A DNA stretch of 64,000 nt from Thermoanaerobaculia bacterium (GTDB taxonomy: Bacteria > Acidobacteriota > Thermoanaerobaculia > Gp7-AA8). The stretch covers positions 30,568 to 94,567 of the forward strand of contig DASVQE010000009.1 in NCBI GenBank assembly GCA_036389275.1, written 5' to 3'. The notes beneath the pieces are model-generated. The model saw nothing but the letters and a program-made list of their open reading frames with translations. It ran no database searches and was not told the DNA's origin. Positions 1-13,003 of the stretch are shown piece after piece. Position 1 is the stretch's first letter, and each line of letters opens with the position of its first letter. A program made the position numbers and the translations under genes.

Positions 1-104
1 CACCGGGCGGCCGTTGCGCTCGAACAGCGTCTGCGATCCGCTCACCTCGCACTGGCGCACCAGCTCGCGCGCGTCGTCGGCGAGGTCGAGGATCTCGACC
101 CGGT

Positions 105-108
<4 letters not shown>
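1..108 (-). CDS. Phd/YefM-like antitoxin-type small protein, 5' part only (runs off window)
   Basis: GTG at 108 overlaps the galU TGA (GTGA). It reads MNRVEILDLADDARELVRQCEVSGSQTLFERNGRPV, and the xxRNGRPV ending resembles Phd/YefM. Not in the ORF track. Confidence 0.4.
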
Positions 109-1019
<911 letters not shown>

Positions 1020-1034
1020 CAGTGGCGCACGATA

Positions 1035-1610
1035 CTAACGCGTTCCGACGCCGGTCCAGACCATTGCGTGATAGAGCTCGTCCATCTGCTGCGGCGCGAG
1101 GCGCTCGCTTTGCCCGAGCCACCAGGTCAGCGTCGACAGCAGCGCGCCGGCGAATGCATGCGCGAGCGCGGTGCGCCGCGAGGCATCGAGATGCCGGGCG
1201 CGGTCGAGCATACCGAGGCGCTGCTCGATGGCGCGCGCGAAATGCAATCGCCCGAGGTCGTACACGTCGTGGGTGCGGCCGGAGGTCTCGAACGCGCGCA
1301 GGACCTCGGCCGCGCCGGCGACGTGCTCGAACAGCTCGCGCACCGGCGCGACGCGTGACGACGCTTCGCGCGTGCGCAGCACTTTCGAGGAGATCAGCGA
1401 CCAGAAGGCATCGACGTCGCTGATGAGCAGGTCTTCCTTGTCGCGATAGTGCGCGTAGAACGTGGAGCGGCCGACGCCGGCGCGGTCGAGCACGTCCTGC
1501 ACGGTGATGGCCTCGAACGGGCGCTCCGACATCAGGCCGAGCAGCGCGTCGCCGAGGGCGTCGCGCGTGCGCTCGACGCGCGGATCGGATTTCTGACGCT
1601 TTCTGAACAT
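1035..1610 (-). CDS. TetR/AcrR family transcriptional regulator
   Basis: DPRVERTRDAL...ITVQDVLDRAGVGRSTFYAHYRDKEDLL HTH. ATG at 1610 preferred over the track start at 1691. Confidence 0.92.
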   Translation of the reverse strand: MFRKRQKSDPRVERTRDALGDALLGLMSERPFEAITVQDVLDRAGVGRSTFYAHYRDKEDLLISDVDAFWSLISSKVLRTREASSRVAPVRELFEHVAGAAEVLRAFETSGRTHDVYDLGRLHFARAIEQRLGMLDRARHLDASRRTALAHAFAGALLSTLTWWLGQSERLAPQQMDELYHAMVWTGVGTR

Positions 1611-1663
1611 GCGCGGCCGTTCTGTCCCGTTTCTCGTTCGCGAGGCTCGGTAGATTGTGCGGC

Positions 1664-2290
1664 ATGAACGAACGCAACGGTGGATTCGCACTGCTGGCCG
1701 GCAACGCCGCCATGCTCGTCACGATGCTGCTGCACCCGACCGGCCCGGAGGTGGTGCAGTCGGAGCGCGCGCAACTGATCGCCACGATCGCGCACACCGT
1801 CGCCGCATTCGCCATCCCGCTGATGTTCCTCGGCGCGCTGGCGATCTCGCGCAAGCTCAGCGAGGTCTGCGCGCTGGTCGTCTACGGCTTCGCCGAAGCG
1901 GCCGGATTCATCGCCCTGGTGATGAGCGGCTACGTGGCCACGCGCGTCGCGCACGCGATGCAGGGTGCCGAGCCGCAACTCCGCGACACCTGGCGCGTCG
2001 CCTTCAAGTACACCGGCATTCTCAATCAGGCCTTCTCGCGCGTTTTCGTCGTCGCCGCCGCCGTTGCCATCATCGTCTGGTCGACGACGATGCTCCGCCG
2101 CCGCATCTTCGGCCGCGGCATCGCCATCTACGGCCTCGTGTGCGGAATCGTGCTGACGATCGTAGTGGCATCCGGCCTGCTCCGGCTCAACGTGCACGGC
2201 TTCGGCGTGGCCATGCTCGCGCTGGGCATCTGGTTCGTGATCGTCGCCGCGGAGCTGGTCGCCCGACCCGATGGCCGCCCGTTTGCTTAG
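1664..2290 (+). CDS. multi-pass membrane protein (DUF4386-like), divergent from TetR
   Basis: About 6 hydrophobic helices and host-like codon usage. ATG at 1664 is in frame with the track ORF. Confidence 0.75.
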   Translation: MNERNGGFALLAGNAAMLVTMLLHPTGPEVVQSERAQLIATIAHTVAAFAIPLMFLGALAISRKLSEVCALVVYGFAEAAGFIALVMSGYVATRVAHAMQGAEPQLRDTWRVAFKYTGILNQAFSRVFVVAAAVAIIVWSTTMLRRRIFGRGIAIYGLVCGIVLTIVVASGLLRLNVHGFGVAMLALGIWFVIVAAELVARPDGRPFA

Positions 2291-2326
2291 GCGGGCTGTG
2301 GTACAACTAACGGTCACCGGGCGGGT

Positions 2327-4252
2327 ATGCGTAAACTCCTCATTCTCCTTGCGATTCTCACGATCACGACACCTCTTGCAGCGCAGTGGCGGCGGGCCGG
2401 TCTCTTCGGCGCAGACGTCCGCGCGCTGATCGCCGATCCAAGCGCACCCGACACGCTCTACCTCGGCACGAGCGCCGGTGAGGTTTACGTCTCCCGCGAC
2501 GGCGCGAAGAACTGGACCAGCCCGCGCAACGGCATCCCGTTCCCCGGTTACGTCGTCGACAATCTCGTGCTCGATCGCGAAGGCCACCTCTGGGCCGCCT
2601 GCTGGGGCCTCTGGGGCGGCGGCGTCGTCGCCGTCTCGAGCGACGGCGGCCGCACCTGGGCGCGCCGCGACGCAGGTCTCGAGGACTTTTCGCCGCGCGC
2701 CATCGCCATCGATCCGAACGACGCGAGCTTCGTCGTCGTCGGCGGTCTCACCGGCGTCTACTCGAGCCACGACGGCGGCGCGACGTGGAGCAAGATCTCC
2801 GATCAGGAGAATGTCGAGTCGCTGGCCATCGATCCGCGCTCGCGCGACCGCATCTACGTCGGCACCTGGCGCCAGGGCTGGCGCACCGATGACGGCGGAA
2901 AGAACTGGAAGCACATCGCCGAAGGGATGGTGCTCGACACCGACATGTTCTCGATCACCATCGATCCCGTGCAGCCCGACAACGTCTGGGTGGCCACGTG
3001 CGGCTGGGTCTACAACTCGAAGAACGGCGGCGATCTCTGGACCCGCTACCGCGACGGGTTCGACAACCGCCGCATCCACGATGTGGAGATGGATCCGTGC
3101 GACAACAAGACCGTCTACGCCGGCTCGGTCGCGGGACTCTACCGCTCGGACGACGAAGGGAAGTCGTGGTACGCGGTCTCCGATGAAGGTCTGGTGGTGA
3201 ACTCGATCGTGCTGCATCCGCAGCGGCCGAAGCGGATCATCCTCGCCGTCGAAGGCGACGGGGTCTACGTCTCCAACGATCGAGGCAAGAGTTTCGAGCG
3301 CGCCTCGTACGGCCTGCACAATCTGCGCATCGCGACCATCGCGCCCGATCCGTTCGCGAAGGACCGCGTCTACGCCGCGGTGGTGTTCGGCGGCGCCGCC
3401 TCCGGCATCTATCGCTCCGACGACGCCGGCAAGACGTGGGAGAAGGCCAGCCGCACCGCGCTCCCGGAAGTGCTGTCGCTGACGATCGCCTCCGAGGCCG
3501 ATGCCGAGGTGAAGTTCCTCGCCGGAACGGAGAAGGGTTTCTTCTGGAGCAATGACGCGAAGGAGTGGACGCAGGCGGAGCCGGCGGGCTTCCCCATTCG
3601 CGTCGACAAGATCCTCCGCTTCAATCGCTCGCGCTCGTTCGCCGCGACGGTCGAAGGCGTCTTCACCACGCGCGACGGCGGCAAGAGCTGGTATCGCCTG
3701 GCCGGTGCCGCGAAGCGCGCCTCCGACATCGCCATCGGTGCGCTCGACGGACGGAAGGCGCTCTACGCGCTGACGAATGCCGGGCTCGAGGTGTTCGACG
3801 GCGACAAGTGGAACGCCATCGAAGGCGCGCCCGCGAAAGGCCGCACCATCGCCGTGCGCAACGTGAACGGCGCGGAGCTGGTGTTCGTGGCCGGATCACA
3901 GGGCGTGAAGGCGGGAACGATCGACGCCGTGCGCGGCTGGACGCCGGCCGAGGCGCCGGATGCGCAGCTCGCGTCGGTCTACGGCGGTAGCCGCGCCAGC
4001 GGGCAGATGCTGTTCCTCACGTCGCGCCAGCAGCGCGAGATCCTCGTCGGCGAGCCGGCGCAGTCGGAGTGGACCGAGCTGACGCTGCCGACCGGCAACA
4101 CCGAGGTGACGTCGATCGTGCCCGATCCCTTCATCCCGGATCGCTACTACGTCGGCACCCTCGGCGAAGGCGTGTTCGTCTACGAAGGGAAGACGCGCCG
4201 CTACACCGCACCGCCGCGCGAGACGCGCGCTCTCCTGACCGGCGGCAAGTGA
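2327..4252 (+). CDS. secreted BNR/Asp-box (sortilin/YCF48-like) beta-propeller protein
   Basis: Signal peptide MRKLLILLAILTITTPLAA and repeated SxDGGxTW boxes (SRDGAKNW, SSDGGRTW, SHDGGATW, TDDGGKNW, SDDAGKTW). Confidence 0.88.
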   Translation: MRKLLILLAILTITTPLAAQWRRAGLFGADVRALIADPSAPDTLYLGTSAGEVYVSRDGAKNWTSPRNGIPFPGYVVDNLVLDREGHLWAACWGLWGGGVVAVSSDGGRTWARRDAGLEDFSPRAIAIDPNDASFVVVGGLTGVYSSHDGGATWSKISDQENVESLAIDPRSRDRIYVGTWRQGWRTDDGGKNWKHIAEGMVLDTDMFSITIDPVQPDNVWVATCGWVYNSKNGGDLWTRYRDGFDNRRIHDVEMDPCDNKTVYAGSVAGLYRSDDEGKSWYAVSDEGLVVNSIVLHPQRPKRIILAVEGDGVYVSNDRGKSFERASYGLHNLRIATIAPDPFAKDRVYAAVVFGGAASGIYRSDDAGKTWEKASRTALPEVLSLTIASEADAEVKFLAGTEKGFFWSNDAKEWTQAEPAGFPIRVDKILRFNRSRSFAATVEGVFTTRDGGKSWYRLAGAAKRASDIAIGALDGRKALYALTNAGLEVFDGDKWNAIEGAPAKGRTIAVRNVNGAELVFVAGSQGVKAGTIDAVRGWTPAEAPDAQLASVYGGSRASGQMLFLTSRQQREILVGEPAQSEWTELTLPTGNTEVTSIVPDPFIPDRYYVGTLGEGVFVYEGKTRRYTAPPRETRALLTGGK

Positions 4253-4257
4253 GCCGG

Positions 4258-4866
4258 TCAGACGACGGTCACGTCGAAGGCGTGTAGAAAATCGGCGCGG
4301 CCGCGAACGACGCCCCACACCTCGATCTTCCAGGCGATGGTGCGGCGGTCGTCGCCGCGCGGCGGATGCGACGGCGCGATCTCGCGCGGCACCTCCAGCG
4401 TGGCGAAGACTTCGAGCGGCTTCGTGTCGATCGCAGCTTCTCCGTACTCGAGAAAGTTGAACGTGCCGAGGTGTTTGCTCTGCCAGTTCACGTGGCGGTC
4501 GCGCCCATGCCGCGGCCGGGTGATCCAGCGTTCTTCACCGACGAGGTTCGCGCGCAGCGACGCCAGCCGCACCGGCCCCGGCTGCCGGATCAACAGCTCC
4601 ACCGATGCGCCGCGGCGCAGCGTGTCGTCGGGCGCTTCGACGATCGTCGGCGGCGTCTTCGCTGAGAGCTTGCGATGGATCGCGCCGTAGAGCAGCAGCA
4701 GGCCGATGGCGATGAACGCGCCGCCGAAAAGGTAGAACGGCGTGCGGTGTCCCGGCGGCTCGAGCTCGATCGCCAGCCCGATCGCCGCCGTGCCGAGGAT
4801 CATCACGACCAGCGCCGCTGCCAGACCGCGGCCGGCGCTGGTCGTCTCGATGCGCTGCAGTCGCAC
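4258..4866 (-). CDS. hypothetical membrane protein (2 TM plus arrestin-like soluble domain)
   Basis: GTG at 4866 overlaps the upstream TAG; two TM helices followed by a beta-rich domain. Confidence 0.65.
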   Translation of the reverse strand: MRLQRIETTSAGRGLAAALVVMILGTAAIGLAIELEPPGHRTPFYLFGGAFIAIGLLLLYGAIHRKLSAKTPPTIVEAPDDTLRRGASVELLIRQPGPVRLASLRANLVGEERWITRPRHGRDRHVNWQSKHLGTFNFLEYGEAAIDTKPLEVFATLEVPREIAPSHPPRGDDRRTIAWKIEVWGVVRGRADFLHAFDVTVV

Positions 4867-5324
4867 TACCGCGGATCGTAGTAGCGAACCGCGAGCACGC
4901 CCAGCCCCTTTTTCCCCTGCGCCGACGTCGCGCTGTCCGACACCACCACCATCACGTTCGGCAGTACCGCGTCGTAGATCAGGATCGACGAGGTGGCCTT
5001 GCGCGGAGGTCCGAGCGCCTGCCGGAGATACGTCTTCTCCTCCTCGAATACTTTCCGTGTTTCCGGAAGGTAGGGAAAGAGCTCGAAGCGGATGGACTGC
5101 AATCGATCCTTCCGGAATTCCAGCGTCAGCGCCTTGTCGCCTTCGTAGTCGACGACGATCTGGTCGTTGGTGGCGCCGCCTTTCGGGTTCCACGCCGCCA
5201 GCGCCTTGAGCGCGTCGTAGCGCTGCATGCCGATGGCGAGGTGAAACGACTCGGGGCGCATCCAGGAGACGCGGCTGGTCGAGGGCAGTCCTGCTACGAG
5301 GAGTAGAGTCAGAAAAAGGGGCAT
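4866..5324 (-). CDS. hypothetical exported protein
   Basis: ATG at 5324 in an ATGA overlap with the eda stop; N-terminal hydrophobic MPLFLTLLLVAG. Confidence 0.65.
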   Translation of the reverse strand: MPLFLTLLLVAGLPSTSRVSWMRPESFHLAIGMQRYDALKALAAWNPKGGATNDQIVVDYEGDKALTLEFRKDRLQSIRFELFPYLPETRKVFEEEKTYLRQALGPPRKATSSILIYDAVLPNVMVVVSDSATSAQGKKGLGVLAVRYYDPR

Positions 5325-6004
5325 CAGTGCACGTAAGGTCCGTCGAGCTGCTCGATGGTGCGGCGTGATTGCACGATCGACGTGGCCAGCACGCAGCGAC
5401 GCGCGATCTCGTCCCACTGCTCGCTCCGGACGAGATCCGGCACCGCCAGCGAGCCGCCGAGGTTGACCGCGATGCAGCCTGCGTCGAGGTAGGCGTCGAT
5501 CAGGTCGAGCGGCACCGGGCCGCCGGCGATGAGCGGCACGTCGCGGATGGGGCCGCGGATGGTGCGGATGAAGTCCGGCCCGCCGAGGTGGTGGGCCGGG
5601 TAGACCTTCACCAGGTCGCAGCCGATCTCCCAGGCGCGGACGATTTCGGTAGGCGTGGCCGCGCCAGCGATGGAGAGCAGATCGTTCTCGACGGCGTACT
5701 CGATGATGCGCGCGTCGGTGTGCGGCGACACGATGATCTGTGCGCCGGCGCGGCGGGCCAGCGCCGCGTCGTTCGTGCTCCGGACGCTCCCTGCTGCGAG
5801 CGTGATCTGCTCGCCGGGAAAGCGCCGGGCCAGGTCTGCGATCAGGTCGATCGCCTCGGGCGTGGTGAGCGTGATCTCGACGATGCCGATGCCGTTGCGC
5901 GCGTACGCCTCGGCCACCGAAGCAGCCGCCTCGGCACTCTCCTCACGAACCACTCCTACGATCTGCTCGGTGTAAACGCGGGTCAAAAGCTCTTTTCGGG
6001 ACAT
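5324..6004 (-). CDS. eda: KDPG/KHG aldolase
   Basis: IVGVVREES, GIGIVEITLTTP, AAGSV, GAQIIVSPH, GAATPTEI, VKVYPA and IAGG motifs. Confidence 0.88.
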   Translation of the reverse strand: MSRKELLTRVYTEQIVGVVREESAEAAASVAEAYARNGIGIVEITLTTPEAIDLIADLARRFPGEQITLAAGSVRSTNDAALARRAGAQIIVSPHTDARIIEYAVENDLLSIAGAATPTEIVRAWEIGCDLVKVYPAHHLGGPDFIRTIRGPIRDVPLIAGGPVPLDLIDAYLDAGCIAVNLGGSLAVPDLVRSEQWDEIARRCVLATSIVQSRRTIEQLDGPYVH

Positions 6005-6109
6005 GCGTGACCGCTAAAGGGTAGCAAAAGTCGCACGCGACTCTCAGCGGCGTGGAACCGTCTGCGACAATATCGCCGGTCAGCCGAAAATCGATCACGA
6101 GAGGCAATC

Positions 6110-6553
6110 ATGAACCGTCTCCAGATCCAGTTGGGATTCGCGCTCATCTTCCTCGCGCTATCCACCGGCTTCGGCATGCCGCTCTTCAGAAGCCCGCGGC
6201 TGGGCCTCGCCGCGCACACGGTCGGCATTACAGGCGGCCTCGTCCTCATTGCACTCGGCGCCCTCGCCCAATCGTTCGTCCTCGGCAAGCGCGCCTCCGC
6301 CGTGATGATGTGGTCGTGGGTCTACGCCGCATACGCCAACTGGTTCGGCTCGCTATTGGGAGCCCTGACCGGCGCCAGCCGCCTCACGCCCATCGCAGGT
6401 GCCGGCACAACAGGCGGCGCGACCTCCGAAGCCGTCGTCTCCTTCCTCCTCCAATCGCTCGCCCTAACCGCGCTCGTAGGCACAGCGCTGGCCGTCTGGG
6501 GGTTTAGAGGAAACGTAGCGAGGCTGCCTCAATGCACGCGCGACGCAACGTAA
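6110..6553 (+). CDS. 4-TM membrane protein, styrene-oxide-isomerase (StyC)-like family
   Basis: Four TM helices, PRLGLAAHTVG (conserved His) and YANW...LGALTGAS. Family assigned by pattern recognition only. Confidence 0.5.
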   Translation: MNRLQIQLGFALIFLALSTGFGMPLFRSPRLGLAAHTVGITGGLVLIALGALAQSFVLGKRASAVMMWSWVYAAYANWFGSLLGALTGASRLTPIAGAGTTGGATSEAVVSFLLQSLALTALVGTALAVWGFRGNVARLPQCTRDAT

Positions 6554-6990
6554 TTCTCGTCTCCGCATCCGCACTGAGCGCCGCGACCATCTCTATGATT
6601 GCCGGCGTCGTCCGCGCACAATCACTGGCCGCGCAACTCCGCGCCGCCGGTTTCCCGATTACGCGAATCTCGACAACGTTCTGGCGCGAAATCGCCCGCT
6701 GGTCCTACCTCGCCCTCGCAACCGCCGCCGCCGTGGCCATCATCGTAGCCCTCGACCGCCTCGGCGATAGGCGCCGCCTACGCTGGATCCACGCACTCCT
6801 CGTCCTCGCCGCGCCGCTGACTCTCGCCACAGTAGGCCTCGCCGCCTACGTTCCAGACGGCGACGCGAGACTGCAAGGCTTCTACATCCATCCCGGCGAG
6901 CTCCCGCTTCTATGGGGACTCATCGCCGGATTTCCGCTCGTGATTCTTTTCCATGTCATTGGGCGCATCTGGAACCGTTCAGCGCCCTAG
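6532..6990 (+). CDS. hypothetical membrane protein
   Basis: Four hydrophobic segments; overlaps the previous gene's 3' end. Confidence 0.55.
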   Translation: MHARRNVILVSASALSAATISMIAGVVRAQSLAAQLRAAGFPITRISTTFWREIARWSYLALATAAAVAIIVALDRLGDRRRLRWIHALLVLAAPLTLATVGLAAYVPDGDARLQGFYIHPGELPLLWGLIAGFPLVILFHVIGRIWNRSAP

Positions 6991-7361
6991 AACCACTCTT
7001 CTCGCAAGATGGCCGATTGCCGCCGCGGTGCTGGCAAGAGCGGCGGCCCGACCGAAGAAGCCGGCGTGCTCAATGGCGGCCGGCATCAACGTGAGATCGC
7101 CGCCACCATAAGTCAGATGCCCGACCATGATCGCACCGGCCAATACCGGGAGCGCGACCTTCGCACGCGTCCTCACTGGCGCCCACAAAAAAAGCACCGC
7201 CGCCGCCAGAAATCCTGACGCTCGTAAATCGCGATCGCGACAATGACCGCCAGTGCCAGCCGAACCGAGCGAACGCCGTGCGCTTCGCCTCTCGAAAGCA
7301 AAAATCCGCCCGCGAACGCGAGCAACACCTCGAGAAAGGTCAGTCCCGGCCACGTCGCCAT
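6979..7361 (-). pseudogene. probable frameshifted membrane-protein gene
   Basis: MATWPGLTFLEVLLAFAGG...LALAVIVAIAI (7361 frame) continues as hydrophobic GFLAAAVLFLWAP...VVLGR* only after a frame change near 7225. Confidence 0.35.
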
Positions 7362-7456
7362 TTGGTCTCAGGCCCTGCCGTCATCGCCCCAGGCCGCCGG
7401 CGTTGATGTGAACGGCGAACATTAGTGCAGCGAACGCGGCGACTCCCGCGAGGATG

Positions 7457-7717
7457 CTACGAGCGGCCAAGGCCCGCTTCAGTCAGCGCGGTGTAGTGTC
7501 GTCGATTGCGCAAACCGTAGTAGTAGCAAGCCACGAGCGCGGCCAATCCCGTAATCGTGAAAGTGAAGATCACAATGGAGGTTACGCGCACGTAGATCTC
7601 TATCAGCCAATCGGTCTGCAGCGCGCGCAGTATCCGTGGTCGGATCTGCGCATTGAACCTCGGCCATAATGCCGGCCAGGTTTGCCGATAAATGCGGTCG
7701 ATCTCTGACTCCATCAA
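7457..7717 (-). CDS. small single-TM hypothetical protein
   Basis: ATG overlaps the RDD stop (ATGA/TGATG); one TM segment, VTSIVIFTFTITGLAALVACYYY. Confidence 0.45.
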   Translation of the reverse strand: MMESEIDRIYRQTWPALWPRFNAQIRPRILRALQTDWLIEIYVRVTSIVIFTFTITGLAALVACYYYGLRNRRHYTALTEAGLGRS

Positions 7718-8349
7718 CCCACGAACGACAGTAATGCGTCAGCGCCAAGCGTTGCGCCGTCCACAACGCCGGCAACGATGAGGACCAGTACGAACCGGCC
7801 GAACGAACGAACACTGGACTGAGGGGCAGACTTGCGACGGACCACGACCGTGTCGGCCCAGTGATCGCCATACCTCTGCTGCCTCGGAGTCTGCTTCATT
7901 GAATGCTCGGCGACGAGGCCGAAAAATAAAGAATCGTAGAAGAACAAGAGTGACCGTTTGGCTGCGGCGCTCAGAGTGCACGGCCGTGCCGTCTCCTGCA
8001 GGACCGCGATGCCCACAATGAGTTTGCCCACCGTGCTTCCGTGGAGCCCTTCCATGATCGTGTCGTAGAAGAACCCACCCAGCATCCCCAGGATAAAGCC
8101 CTCGAATCCGCCAGTCCCGAGGCGATCGATTGCGATTTGAGCGGAGCGGCCGGTAAATCCCTGGACTACGTACGCGAGGATCGCGATCGCGACGCCCGAC
8201 GCCATACCGATCAGGAAATGGACGACGAGGTCGATCAGCCGGGCGGCAGCCCTGCGGCGGAAGCCGACAAATTCAAGTTCCCTTACGGACGAAACCGGAG
8301 CAGGTCCGGGTACTTCAGCCGGCGGAATGGTGTTGTCATTGGGTTGCAC
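7714..8349 (-). CDS. RDD family membrane protein
   Basis: VGFRRRAAARLIDL, GSTVGKLIVGIAV and QRYGDHWADTVVV. Confidence 0.88.
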   Translation of the reverse strand: MQPNDNTIPPAEVPGPAPVSSVRELEFVGFRRRAAARLIDLVVHFLIGMASGVAIAILAYVVQGFTGRSAQIAIDRLGTGGFEGFILGMLGGFFYDTIMEGLHGSTVGKLIVGIAVLQETARPCTLSAAAKRSLLFFYDSLFFGLVAEHSMKQTPRQQRYGDHWADTVVVRRKSAPQSSVRSFGRFVLVLIVAGVVDGATLGADALLSFVG

Positions 8350-8568
8350 TGCCGGATAGTAGTTGAATTGCGAGCGTCAGGGAAATGAGCCGGCACTCTG
8401 AAAGTCAACCGATGAATTTGAGCGGCGCCCCGGTTTGCCGCGACAGACGACACTGATGAGCGCGGCTGCATGCAGCGTCAACGACCTTGCGCCGCCGGAA
8501 TTTGCACCACATATTCATATCGTCATGGCCAGTGACTGACTCGCGCGACCGGCGCAAGGGGGAAGACA

Positions 8569-8853
8569 ATGGCACGACGAGTTTTCGTAATTGCAGCTTT
8601 AGTCAGCGTAATGTCTGCCGGAGCTCTGTTCGCGCCGACATGCGTTCAAAGTGAACATTGGTACTCCGATAGCGCCTTCACAAATCTTGTAGGCGAGCAG
8701 ATACAAGACTGCGATGGCTTCACCGCGAGTTGGGGCGCGACCTGGGCGCCGTACCTGATGCACGACGTGGAAAACTGCAACACGGGTGGTGGGTCACAAC
8801 GATGCCTGTACTGGGCCAACGATCAGTGGAACCAGATGCAGTGTCCGAACTAG
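8569..8853 (+). CDS. small secreted Cys-rich protein (DUF6289-like)
   Basis: RBS AAGGGGG, signal peptide, WYSDSAFTNLVGE..DCDG...WG pattern; 5 Cys in the mature part. Confidence 0.65.
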   Translation: MARRVFVIAALVSVMSAGALFAPTCVQSEHWYSDSAFTNLVGEQIQDCDGFTASWGATWAPYLMHDVENCNTGGGSQRCLYWANDQWNQMQCPN

Positions 8854-8890
8854 AAAAGTGACTTCGTCGCCGGTCGCGCGAAGACCACCC

Positions 8891-11167
<2,277 letters not shown>

Positions 11168-11200
11168 CCGATTCGTATTCTAGTAACATCTGCCGCGCTC

Positions 11201-12220
11201 ATGGTCCTGATCAACCGCGCCACGAACGAGGTCACGGTGAAGCTCGTCTATTACGGGCCCGGCCTCTGCGGAAAGACGACGAATCTCGAGAAGATCTACG
11301 GCAATCCGAAGCTCGAGAACAAAGGGAAGATGATCTCGATGGCGACGGAGACGGACCGCACGCTCTTCTTCGACTTCATGCCGATGGAGCTCGGCACGAT
11401 CGGCGGGCAGAAGGTGCGCGTGCAGCTCTACACCGTGCCGGGGCAGGTCTTCTACGACGCCACGCGCAAGCTGGTGCTGCGCGGCGCCGACGGGGTCGTG
11501 TTCGTGGCCGACTCGCAGGCCACCATGCGCGACTCGAATCTCGACAGCCTCGAGAACCTGAAGACGAACCTGCGCATCAACCGCATCGATCCGGAGAAGA
11601 TCGCGCTGATCTTCCAGTACAACAAGCGCGACCTCCCGAACGTCGCCTCGGTCGAGGAGATGTCGTCGTATCTGAAGCCGGGCAACGCGCCGGTGATCGA
11701 GGCCGCGGCCATCAACGGCACCGGCGTGACGGCGACCTTGCGCGCGGCAATCACGCGCATTCTCGAAAATCTGAAGGGCAATGTGGATGTGACGCTGGCT
11801 GACGAGCCGCCGCTCGGACCGCCCGACATGACCGCGCGCGCCGGCGTGACCAGCGGCTCCGCGGGAACGCCGAAGCTGTCGATGAAGAGCGAGGAGCCGG
11901 CGGCACCCGCGGCCGCGCCGCCCGCCGACGTCGCGCCGTTCGAGCACGACGACGATCCGTTCGCGAACGTGGCGACGGCGGTCGCCGATCACGAAGAGCC
12001 GTTCGCCGCGCACGACACCGACGTCGCGCCTGCGACGGCGATCGCCGATCACGAGCACCCATTCGCCGCCGCGCACACCGAGCTCCACGACGCCGACGCC
12101 GAGCGCGCCGATCTCGAAGCGCTGCTCGCGAATGCAACCGCACTGGTGGCCTCGCTCGAGAGCGCGCTGGAACGGGCGCGCGAGAACGAACGGGCCATCC
12201 GGCTTCGCCTTGAACGCTGA
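11201..12220 (+). CDS. mglA: MglA-family small GTPase with acidic C-terminal extension
   Basis: KLVYYGPGLCGKTTNL, DRTLFFDF, LYTVPGQVFY, GADGVVFVADSQ and QYNKRDLP. Confidence 0.9.
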   Translation: MVLINRATNEVTVKLVYYGPGLCGKTTNLEKIYGNPKLENKGKMISMATETDRTLFFDFMPMELGTIGGQKVRVQLYTVPGQVFYDATRKLVLRGADGVVFVADSQATMRDSNLDSLENLKTNLRINRIDPEKIALIFQYNKRDLPNVASVEEMSSYLKPGNAPVIEAAAINGTGVTATLRAAITRILENLKGNVDVTLADEPPLGPPDMTARAGVTSGSAGTPKLSMKSEEPAAPAAAPPADVAPFEHDDDPFANVATAVADHEEPFAAHDTDVAPATAIADHEHPFAAAHTELHDADAERADLEALLANATALVASLESALERARENERAIRLRLER

Positions 12221-12289
12221 GCGCGCAGCCGTCGAGATGAAACGGTTGCTTGACCGTTCCCGCTTCCTCGGTCATCGTTCCGCGTTCCG

Positions 12290-13003
12290 ATGACCTGGTA
12301 CCAGGAATGGTTCGGTGAGGAGTATCTCGAGCTTTACGCGCATCGGGACGAGGCGGAGGCGCGCCAGCAGGTGGGCTTCTTTCACGGGCAGTGCGGCGAG
12401 GTCTCCGGGCCGGTGCTCGATCTCGCCTGCGGCATGGGGCGCCACCTTCACGAATTGCGCGCACACGGCTATCGCGCGGCCGGCTGCGACCTCTCCTACA
12501 CGCTGCTGCGCACCGGCATCGGCGAATACGGCGCGATCCCGGTGGCGCGCGCGGACATGCGGCAGTTGCCGTTCTGCGACGGCGTCTTCGGCGGATTAGT
12601 CAACTTCTTTACCAGCTTCGGCTACTTCGCCGACGAGCGCGAGAACGTGCAGGTGGTGCGCGAGATGTCGCGCGTGCTCGCGCCGCGCGCACGATTCCTC
12701 TTCGACTACCTCAACGTCCATCGCGAGCTGCAGCAGCTCGTGCAGCGCGAGACGCGCGAGACGCCGCTCGGCACGGTGCAGATCGAGCGCTGGTTCGACC
12801 GCTCCGACCGCTCCTTCGTCAAGCGCATGGTCATCGGCGGGCGGCGCTACCTCGAGCGCGTTCGCGGATACGATCTGGCCGAGATCTCATCGATGTTCGA
12901 GTCGTGCGAGCTGTCCATCGAGTCCGCGTTCGGCGATTTCGACGGCTCGCCATTCGACGAGTCGTCGGCGCGGCTGATCGTGGTCGGGAGCAAACGGCCG
13001 TGA
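12290..13003 (+). CDS. class I SAM-dependent methyltransferase (candidate NmbA-like bacillithiol N-methyltransferase)
   Basis: VLDLACGMGRH, GCDLS, ADMRQLP and FTSFGYF; GTGA overlap with bshC. Confidence 0.85.
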   Translation: MTWYQEWFGEEYLELYAHRDEAEARQQVGFFHGQCGEVSGPVLDLACGMGRHLHELRAHGYRAAGCDLSYTLLRTGIGEYGAIPVARADMRQLPFCDGVFGGLVNFFTSFGYFADERENVQVVREMSRVLAPRARFLFDYLNVHRELQQLVQRETRETPLGTVQIERWFDRSDRSFVKRMVIGGRRYLERVRGYDLAEISSMFESCELSIESAFGDFDGSPFDESSARLIVVGSKRP

